Assembly (NCBI RefSeq): GCF_006345805.1
Contig: NW_021829187.1
Coordinates: 1-6,963 of the forward strand
DNA: 6,963 nucleotides
Direction: 5' to 3'
From: Octopus sinensis
Lineage: Eukaryota
Shown here: positions 1-6,960 of the stretch, in pieces
How positions within the stretch are numbered: the first letter of the stretch is position 1
How the letters are laid out: every line of letters begins with the position of its first letter
Program-made: the position numbers and the translations under genes
Notes under the pieces: model-generated
Told to the model about the DNA's origin: nothing
The model's database searches: none
The model's input: only the letters and a program-made list of their open reading frames with translations

Positions 1-71
1 GTGTCTATCTATATATATACACACGTATGTGTATATATGTGTATATGTGATATGTGTATATATGTGTGTGT

Positions 72-102
<31 letters not shown>

Positions 103-139
103 AAATATTGTGAGTATATATATGTGTGTGTATAGAGAG
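1..139. repeat. Mixed (TA)n/(TG)n/(GA)n compound microsatellite
   Basis: Directly visible dinucleotide runs, e.g. tatatatatatatatata at ~73-92, tgtgtgtg and agagagaga. Confidence 0.9.
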
Positions 140-356
140 AGAAAGAGAGGCAGAGGGACATACATGGATTCATAGATGGAGCGCGCGCACATAAACACTC
201 ACGCATGCGCACTTCACATATATTTTCTAGACACTTCACTTCATTGTGACAAATTATCAGTTCTTCAGAACACTGCATTGTTTTTACGGGATATTCCATG
301 AAATTATAGAAAAACTTTTGTATAATGTATTTTAAAGTGTCTATATAAATATAATC

Positions 357-367
357 TATATATATAT

Positions 368-398
<31 letters not shown>

Positions 399-432
399 AT
401 ATATATATATATATATTATATATATATATATA
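357..432. repeat. (TA)n microsatellite with periodic TT interruptions
   Basis: Pure A/T tract; 361-390 and 391-420 are identical 30-mers (tatatattatatatatatatatatattata). Confidence 0.95.
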
Positions 433-580
433 TGCAGTAATGTATGTTTAAATATGTATGTATAAATACTTATGTGTAAGTCTCTGCAAGTATTAAATAT
501 TTATTATGAAAATCTCAATTGTTTCGTTGAAATAAGCAAAATCATTGACGGTCACTATAGTGGTAGTGGATGGCAATAAC

Positions 581-968
581 GGTGGTGGTGGTGGTGGTGG
601 TGGTAATTACTTGGCGGTGATGATGGTGGTGGTGGTAGTGGTGGTGGTGGTGGTGGTAGTGGTGGTAGTGGTGGTGGTAATTACTTGGCGGTGATGGTGG
701 TGGTGGTGGTAGTGGTGGTGGTGGTGGTGGTGGTGATGGTGGTGGTGTAGTGGTGGTGGTGGTGGTGGTGGTAATTACTTGGCGGTGATGATGGTGGTGG
801 TGGTAGTGGTGGTGGTGGTGATGGTGGTGGTGGTGGTAGTGGTGGTGGTGATGTTGGTAGTAGCATTTGTCTCGGTAGTGGTGGAGGGGGGTTGATGGTG
901 GTAATAGTGATGATGGAAGTGATGATGGTAGTAGTGATGGTGGTGGGGGGGGTGGTAGCGGCGGTGGT
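581..968. repeat. (GGT)n trinucleotide repeat with GAT/AGT variants and three copies of a 21-bp unit
   Basis: GGT runs dominate; GGTAATTACTTGGCGGTGATG occurs at 602, 676 and 770. Confidence 0.95.
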
Positions 969-1043
969 AATCGCAGTGGTGTTGATAGTGGTAGATGGTA
1001 ATTAATGTTGGTAATGGTCCTGGATTTCATGACTGTACTGGTA

Positions 1044-1142
1044 GATGATGATGATGAAGAAGAAGATGATGATGATGACGATAACGACGACGACGATGAT
1101 GATGATGATGATGATGATTATGATGGTGGTGATGATGATGAT
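1044..1142. repeat. (GAT)n trinucleotide repeat with GAA/GAC variants
   Basis: Directly visible; followed by short (GTT)n at ~1167-1181 and (GACA)n at ~1289-1304. Confidence 0.95.
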
Positions 1143-1626
1143 GGCGATGTTACTGCGTTTATTATGGTTGTTGTTGTTGTTGCAATTGTTCGTATTGTGA
1201 TTCTGCTGGTGCAGACAGTTGTCACCCTCGTTTTTACCTGCGGTAGACCTAGGTTAGCGTATCTTGTCATTTTGGCTATATGTTGCATAGACAGACAGAC
1301 AGACACACGGAAAGAATAGACATAAATAATGGGTGATGTGCGAAACCAAGTTTTGTAAACATATACATGACTGCCTGCGTCTATTTAGAAAACAGCTTTT
1401 CTTTATTTAAGGAGAAAATACTTTTAATATATTGAAGAGAAGGTTATTTTTAAGATATCGAAGTAGAAAATATTAAAACAAATTCCAAGTTCTAATTCAG
1501 CACTAATAATGAAATTTTTCATAGGCTTACATTTGTTTCAGATATGTGTTCGGGTGGGTTAATCCAGGCGTATTTTTCCTGGATTACTAATCCTTTATTA
1601 AACCCTGTTTATTTTGATATTATATA

Positions 1627-1701
<75 letters not shown>

Positions 1702-1722
1702 CACAAACAGATAGACACACAT

Positions 1723-1770
<48 letters not shown>

Positions 1771-1771
1771 G

Positions 1772-1850
<79 letters not shown>
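1627..1850. repeat. (GATA)n tetranucleotide microsatellite
   Basis: About 220 bp of AGAT units, interrupted at ~1700-1722 (acacaaacagatagacacacatat) and by one A>G at 1771. Confidence 0.98.
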
Positions 1851-1875
1851 CTGTGTGTGTGTTTTGATATATATA

Positions 1876-3012
1876 AACTTAACCACAAAAGAAACGTCGC
1901 ACAAACTAAATAGAAACCAGTTTGTTAATAGACTGCCACAGCATTAACTGAAGAATGTTAATTAAGAAATCGTTCTTTCCTAATGATAAAACATGATTGA
2001 CGTCATATGCTCTCACGTGATGACGGAGTATCCTGGATGCAAAAAGAGGAACTCAATATTTTGTATGACCACCGATAGCATTGATTACCGCCAGGCATCT
2101 TCTGTACATTGAATATACCAATGATTGATGGTGGCCATGGGGATAGCAGGCCACATTCTGTTAAAACTTGCAGTGAGTTGTGCCGCAGTTGTCGACCTTG
2201 GACGAGTGCCACTTAGCCTTCTTTGGATTTCGTCCCACGGGTGCTCTATGAGGTTCAAGTCCGGACTTAGGGCAGGTCATGGCAGTGTCACGATGTTGTT
2301 CTGTTGGAGAAAGTCCGTCATTAATCTGGCAGTATGGGCACGGGCGTTGTCGTGTTGGAACACATGATTCCGATAACAAGAAAAGTATGACACAATGTGA
2401 GGCCTCAACACTTAGTCGATATAGCGAGCAGCGGTTACTCCTTGCTCCGATTTTGGCCATGTTTTTAGAAGACCACCGGTCCACGTTTATCGTTAAGTGC
2501 AATCCCGCCCCGTACTATGATGTTCTGTCCTCCCCATGCATGAATCTTTGTCCACCACACAGCGATCGGCATGACGTCTACCCCTTCTCTAAACCTTTGC
2601 TCTGCCATCTGCCGCAGAAATGCAATATCGACTTTCGTCTGAAAAGACTACAGTCCTCCACTGGTGATATCGCCAGTTCTGACGTTTTTGAATCTATTGC
2701 AGACGTGCCCATCGATGTCGATCTGTAAGGATGGGGCCTCTAGCCGGATGTCGACAAGGTAGATTGAAAGATATCAGCCGGCGGCGAGATATCCCAGCAC
2801 AAACTGTGGTAAGTCCCTATGGTCTGCCTAGCTGATTCCGTTGCCTTCCGGAATCGGTCCTGCAAGTGCTGTCGGTGCAAGTGGTGATCTTGACGTGCCG
2901 TTGTAACCCTCTGTCGGCCAGTGTGTGGACGATCGTCCGTGCTTTTGTGGCATTGTATCGTTCCCTCAGCCGCTCAACTGTCCCAATACTGCAGTTCAAA
3001 TCATTAGCAATG
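1876..3012 (-). mobile_element. Tc1-family (DD34E) DNA transposon, degenerate and 5'-truncated
   Basis: Transposase remnant (next feature) plus ~180 bp of 3' non-coding DNA ending at TA|AACTTAACCACAAAAGAAACGTCGCAC (1874-1902), which fits a Tc1 terminus next to a TA target. No complementary inverted copy of this end was found elsewhere in the window. The exact boundaries are inferred. Confidence 0.88.
2053..3012 (-). pseudogene. Tc1-like transposase pseudogene (HTH + DD34E catalytic domain)
   Basis: Frame-corrected minus-strand translation: IANDLNCSIGTVERLRERYNAT/STDDRPHTGRQRVTTARQDHHLHRQHLQDRFRKATESARQTIGT/..SRRRL..PCRHPARGPILTDRHRWARLQ*IQKRQNWRYHQWRTVVFSDESRYCISAADGRAKV*RR..CVVDKDS/WGGQNIIVRGGI..GPVVF*/GVTAARYID*VLRPHIV..FQHDNARAHTAR..DFLQQNNIVTLP*PALSPDLNLIEHPWDEIQRRL..RMWPAIPMATINH/LVYSMYRRCLAVINAIGGHTKY*. 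Catalytic D (2637-2639), D (2349-2351) and E (2244-2246), with 34 residues between the second D and the E. Stops at 2694, 2589, 2465, 2412 and 2277; about five frameshifts; terminal stop at 2053-2055. Confidence 0.95.
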
Positions 3013-3095
3013 ATCCATATAACATAACGATCGCTGTGAAAATAACCGTGCTTTACCAGTAAGCTACTAGGTGTAAACCATTCATTTTATATCCA

Positions 3096-3268
3096 TTATA
3101 TATATATAATACAAAATGGGACAAGAACGCTAAACATCCGGACAGTTAGGTGATAAAAGAATGGGACAACAAAACATCCAAATAGACGATACAAAGAAAG
3201 CAAGGACGGGTCAATCGAAGTTTTCTTTCCTCAGTCAAGTACCAGATTATCTTCGCAATTTCGGCTGA
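3096..3268. mobile_element. Fragment of an unclassified interspersed repeat with an internal ~45-bp imperfect duplication
   Basis: AATGGGACAA at 3115 and 3160, each followed by AAACATCC (3132, 3172). Bounded by (TA)n and (TG/TA)n tracts. It resembles a repeat I recall from octopus DNA, but this is unverified. Confidence 0.4.
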
Positions 3269-3274
3269 TTGCGC

Positions 3275-3402
3275 ATGTGTGTATGTATGTGTATGTGTAT
3301 ATATATATATGTATGCATATGTATATGCGTATATTCATATACAGTGGTGGTGGCGGCGGTGGTGGTGACGACAGTAGCGGTGGTGGTGGTGGTGGTGGTG
3401 GT
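3275..3402. repeat. Compound (TG/TA)n plus (GGT)n microsatellite
   Basis: Directly visible: TG/TA mix at 3275-3341, GGT units at 3344-3402. Confidence 0.9.
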
Positions 3403-3758
3403 GTAAAAATATTTAATGAACTCATTTCTGTTTAGCAGTTTCCATCATAGGACAGCAGCCATGATGTGACATCACCTGTTGTGAATTATATAATGACTCC
3501 AATAGTTATTTGACTGTTATTTATTTCATCTAACGGAGTTAAGTCGATACTGGTAGGATTTGAAATCACGAATTTACTGTGACATAACGAACATTTTTTT
3601 TTTTTGTCTTTCTCTAACACTCTAGCGATTGTGCCAATCAACACATAATATCACGCATCTTGAAAGTCAACCCTTTACTAAACAAAAACACTTGCATAAA
3701 ATCGTCGGAAACGCCCATACTTATCTCCGGACATTAAACCTCTTTTCCTTAATGGCAG

Positions 3759-3864
3759 GTCAGTTTTTGGAGAGGTTTTGATTCTGAAGATTATCTCCCT
3801 TTCCTAAACAGGGCTGATCCTTATTACTATTTGGAAACACCTGCTCCAGAATTTACGCTGTATG
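3759..3864 (+). CDS. Candidate internal coding exon of an unidentified spliced gene (VSFWRGFDSEDYLPFLNRADPYYYLETPAPEFTLY-G)
   Basis: Pyrimidine tract plus CAG acceptor (cctcttttccttaatggcag, ends 3758); 35 open codons with G-rich first and T/A-rich third positions; G|GTATTC donor at 3865. I do not recognise the protein, and an alternative overlapping splice interpretation exists. Confidence 0.35.
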
Positions 3865-4567
3865 GTATTCATTATACTTGTGTTTGTCTATGTCGTTCAA
3901 ATACATATCACTGGCCACTCTGGGTAATTCCTCTTAGCTTATCCATGTTTAATTAATTCACAAGCCTTGTACCGATTTGTAACTATGACAGAAATCACTT
4001 GTTAATGATGTCTCGAAGTAGGATTGAAACTTAAGCTACATAAATGCGAAATGAATCTCTTTATCACACACACTATTGCAATGTAATCAATTTTACATTC
4101 ACAATACGTTTATTTCATTTACTATATTAAATTGTTCTAACTCTTTATAAATCTATATTCATTTATTTATTTATTAATTTATGTCTCTCCACTGTCCAGA
4201 AATGAAACAGCGCTGCCAAACACCTGATAGATAATTAAATACAGCACAGATGCCTGTAAGCCAAAATGTTTGCCAGCATATTTCTCTTAGTAATAGTCTA
4301 ATTACGAAGATGCTATTTACATCATTAGAAGTTGCTATAAGATATTGTATTTCTAGATACATTATTTTAAAACTAAAAGCTATATACTATGCTATCCTTC
4401 GAAATATTTCCCTTGCCAGGAGGAAACTATAAAAAGAGCACTATATACATTCACAACAGAAGAGCTTGTTTCAGGACTCAGATGACCGGAAAAGTTAGTG
4501 TCAGGAATCAGAGGAACGGAAGAGTTAATCTCAGTGCCCGATATTGTGACCGGGGTCATAATATTTC

Positions 4568-4701
4568 CCTTAGACGCCAGTCCGTTGTGGGTTTACTCAT
4601 TTGCAACTGAGTTGAGCAAAAGTTGTGTGTTTTGCTCAAGAACACGACGCATGGCCCGATCCTGAAATTGAAATCTTGAATCCTGCAAACGTGAGTGCAA
4701 C
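4568..4701 (-). mobile_element. Degenerate SINE fragment with CORE-like segment
   Basis: Minus strand reads ...gatttcaatttcagg (B-box-like)...GCGTCGTGTTCTTGAGCAAAACAC (similar to the CORE-SINE motif GTGTCCTTGGGCAAGTCAC)...gcaaatgagtaaacccacaacggactggcgtc. Confidence 0.6.
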
Positions 4702-4968
4702 AAAAAGAAAGAAAATTGGCACTCCGTCGGTAACAATGACGAAGGTTCCTGTTGATTCGGTCAACGGAACAGCCTGCTAGTGAAAGGAACATGCAAAGGG
4801 ATGATCACTCCACAGACACACTTACCCTTATCCTAGTTCTCAGGGAGATTCAGCGTTGACACAGAATGTGATAACGCTGGTCCTTTGAAATACAAGTACT
4901 ACTCATTTTTGCCAGCTTAATGGATTGGGACAACAAAAAATTAAATGTCTTATTCAATGCCACAACGC
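4701..4968 (-). mobile_element. 5'-truncated SINE (CORE-like segment, body, 3' stem-loop, TTTC-like tail)
   Basis: Minus strand begins GCGTTGTGGCATTGAATAAGACATT (degenerate CORE-like), continues gctggcaaaaatgagtagtacttgtatttcaaagg...gtgtctgtggagtg..., has a stem-loop at 4745-4770 and ends in ttttctttcttttt. It matches my recollection of an abundant octopus SINE; the tRNA head is absent. Confidence 0.7.
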
Positions 4969-5099
4969 TATGCAACAACCTAAGGAATGGGTCATACACC
5001 TTGGCAAAGTTTCACAGTCAATTAATTAAAAATAATGTATCTCTATTCCGTTTTTGGATTTGGTTTGCAAGATTCTTTATATGAGTTCGTGTGTTGAAG

Positions 5100-5296
5100 T
5101 ATATTCTGTTGTCTGGGAGAGTCATTTTCTTTTTTGTGCCTTATAATGTAACACACTCACCGGTAAAATTTCCACTTGTTTTTTTTTTATTACTTTTATT
5201 TTTTTAGAATAAGAAATAAGTGGAAATTTTACCGGTGAGTGTGTTACATTATAAGGCACAAAAAGAAAATGACTCTCCCAGACACAACAGAATGTA
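5100..5296. mobile_element. Foldback / MITE-like element with long terminal inverted repeats
   Basis: 5111-5177 is the reverse complement of 5218-5283 except for one T indel in a T-run. The arms extend to 5100 and 5296 with one 2-bp indel and one mismatch, and both outer ends are TA. The spacer is ~40 bp and AT-rich. Confidence 0.85.
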
Positions 5297-5544
5297 TCTC
5301 TAGTTTTCGTTTTAACAAACTTAGAGGGATAAATGGTGCAGTTCATGCACTAGGTTTGACTTAATGATAAAGTAAGAACAACACAAAACATTTGACCGGC
5401 GTTCCAGTACCATGCCTATCACAGAGGATAGGAGGGAGTGTCACTCAAAGGATGGAGTGTAATCGCAACTCTGGTTGCAGGCAATGAGAGGAACGAGTAA
5501 AGCAACATCAGTTGAATGGAGGCAATATGAAGAGAAATATTTAA

Positions 5545-5753
5545 GGCGGCGAGATGGCAGAATCGTTAGCACGCTCGACAAAATGTTTAACGGCATTTCG
5601 TTAGTCTTTACGTTCAAATTCCGCGATGTTGACCTAGCCTTTCATACTTTCAGGGTCGATAATATAAGAACCAGCTGAGCAAATGTAGGGCGGTGTTATC
5701 GATGTAATCGACTTAGCCCCTTCCCCAATTGCTGGCCTTGTGTCAAAATCTGA
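5545..5753 (+). mobile_element. tRNA-derived SINE
   Basis: Starts GGCGGCGAG; A-box-like TGGCAGAATCG (5555-5565); B-box GTTCAAATTCC (5612-5622); body gcctttcat..gggtcgata..atcgatgtaatcgact..gctggccttgtg. tRNA-derived SINE families (OK, OR1, OR2) are described from Octopus; I cannot assign the family. Confidence 0.78.
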
Positions 5754-5754
5754 C

Positions 5755-6140
5755 GCAGTATGGTTGTATGATTAAGAATCTCACTGTGCAACACTGTCCC
5801 ACTGGGTGATTTCCGTTTCAGTCCCACTGCACATCCATAGTACAAGTGTCTTCTACTATAACTCTGGAACAACCAATGCCTTATGAGTATACGACAACTC
5901 TGTAGGGAGTGTACGTGTGTGTGTGTGTTTGAGTCTGTTTCTGTCTGACTACCGCTGGACAACTGCTGTTGGTTTTTTTATGTCCCCAGAAGCTAGCAAT
6001 TCGTCAAAAGTGTACGATAGAAAAGGGCTAGATTACTTCAAAAATAAAGTACTGGAGTCGATCTATTCAACTAAAACCCTTCAATTTGGTGCTCCAGCAT
6101 AGCCACAATCCAGTGACTGAAACAAATAAAAGATAAGAAG

Positions 6141-6143
<3 letters not shown>
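5755..6143 (+). mobile_element. Second, different tRNA/CORE-type SINE with internal (TG)n
   Basis: Degenerate A-box region (tggttgtatgattaag), B-box-like GTTTCAGTCCC (5815-5825), CORE-like CAAGTGTCTTCTACTATA, internal (TG)n at ~5915-5928, and 3' end ggtgctccagcatagcc..gactgaaacaaataaaagataagaaga. It matches my recollection of an octopus SINE. Confidence 0.72.

Positions 6144-6144
<1 letters not shown>

Positions 6145-6172
<28 letters not shown>
6145..6172. repeat. (GA)14 microsatellite
   Basis: Directly visible. Confidence 0.97.
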
Positions 6173-6175
<3 letters not shown>

Positions 6176-6369
6176 GGAGAAGACGAATAACCGAAGAGAT
6201 TGTAAAATTAAAAGATGGAAGGAGAATAAGAAAGTTAGTTGTTAGGAACAGATTCAGAGTTATTGTTACCGAAGCAAAATATTTCAATATCTACCAGAAG
6301 ACAAAAAAATATATTATTCAAAACGAACACAAAAGTTGAGAATAACGGAATCGACAACAATTCTTTTTT

Positions 6370-6726
6370 AGAAGAAAATTTACTGCGTCATTTATGCAAT
6401 ATTATGGATATCGATTGTCAATTTTGTCGAAGCAAACATTTTCATTTTTATCACGGCTTCCCTCATAGGGGATATTCAATAATTGCAGTCACTAAGCTAA
6501 AATAAAATTGCCAAACCGAAGAGAACAGTCACTACGTCTTCGTAATATAATGAGAAATTCAAGGAATTCTAATTACAAAAAGACTTCAAAATGCCATTTG
6601 GTCATGTAACACTACATTCTCTTTTGCTTCCTTCAGAACTCGCATATTGGCTGCTTTTGATTATGGTCCCTAAGGTTTTCATATTTTGTTCAAATTTATT
6701 ATCCAATACCCAATATGTATTCTGGT
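6370..6726 (+). pseudogene. Helitron-like Rep/Helicase N-terminal region, degenerate
   Basis: Motifs in the order typical of Helitron Rep/Hel N-termini: MDIDCQFCRSKHF (6404-6442; CxxC), FNNCSH*AKIKLP (6475-6513; cf. F..CC..GKI.LP), QNAIWSCNTTFSFASF (6587-6634; cf. F..NIR.YNS.F.F.S), YGP*GFHI/QIYY (6662-6702; cf. GPY.FRI.GQ.YH). The motifs lie in different frames and contain stops. Confidence 0.75.
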
Positions 6727-6741
6727 AGACAATATTGGATT

Positions 6742-6910
6742 TAGTTGAAATTTACAGAAAAACAATAGACGAAGACAGGTCTATAACAACAAGCAGGTGT
6801 ATTAATTTACGCTCGTGAAGGTGAGAAAGTCTTTTACGTTTCGAGCCTACGCTCTTCAACAGAGAGGAACACAGAAATAACAGAGAGAAGAATTTAGAAA
6901 AAAATTGTGA
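6742..6910 (-). mobile_element. Penelope-like (or retrozyme-like) terminal repeat fragment
   Basis: Contains a minimal hammerhead-like motif (next feature), a hallmark of Penelope-like element termini, and abuts (TA)n. No RT or GIY-YIG coding sequence is present in the window, so the class is inferred. Confidence 0.5.
6830..6868 (-). ncRNA. Degenerate minimal type I hammerhead ribozyme-like motif
   Basis: Minus strand TTCCTCT-CTGTTGAA-GAGC-GTAG-GCTC-GAAA-CG-TA-AAAGA: CUGANGA-like core, perfect 4-bp stem II with tetraloop, GAAA, palindromic ACGU stem III, GUA cleavage triplet, weak stem I. The core deviates from consensus (CUGUUGAA). Confidence 0.5.

Positions 6911-6956
<46 letters not shown>
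6911..6956. repeat. (TA)n microsatellite
   Basis: Directly visible. Confidence 0.97.

Positions 6957-6960
<4 letters not shown>

Noticed and set aside
9-299. 96-aa minus-strand ORF, and other short ORFs at 3231-3425, 4174-4792, 5122-5346, 5475-6287
   Set aside because: They overlap microsatellites, SINEs or the foldback, or are short with no recognisable domain.
602-790. CRISPR-like repeat/spacer appearance
   Set aside because: The spacers are GGT triplet runs rather than unique sequences, there are only three units, no cas genes are present and the context is eukaryotic.
542-1030. 162-aa Pro/His/Thr-rich ORF on the minus strand, and the nested 681-866 ORF
   Set aside because: Translation of (ACC)n triplets; the repeated 21-bp unit changes frame between copies, so there is no sign of coding constraint.
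1005-1319. 104-aa ORF with poly-Asp followed by a hydrophobic stretch
   Set aside because: Explained by the (GAT)n, (GTT)n and (GACA)n microsatellites. Possible micro-exons near 1212-1252 and 1542-1569 were noticed but have no independent support.
1560-1586. 9-bp hairpin TAATCCAGG-N9-CCTGGATTA
   Set aside because: A stem of this length is plausible by chance in 7 kb of AT-rich DNA, and there is no supporting context.
1598-1904. Two ~95-aa (SIYL)n ORFs
   Set aside because: Translation of the stop-free (TATC)n strand of the GATA microsatellite.
2279-2728. 149-aa plus-strand ORF, and the other ORFs at 2003-2999
   Set aside because: Antisense or out-of-frame shadows of the Tc1 transposase fossil; only part of 2817-2999 is in the transposase frame.
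3240-3272. Possible second hammerhead on the minus strand (CAGCC-GAAA-TTGCGA)
   Set aside because: No CUGANGA core, no partner strand for stem II (a microsatellite intervenes) and no NUH triplet in register.
5415-5478. Cluster of three small hairpins (CCTATC/GATAGG, GAGT/ACTC, GCAAC/GTTGC)
   Set aside because: Stems of only 4-6 bp are expected by chance, and no recognisable RNA family motif is present.
5545-5625. tRNA gene
   Set aside because: A/B-box-like motifs are present but no cloverleaf can be folded, and the downstream body is SINE-like.
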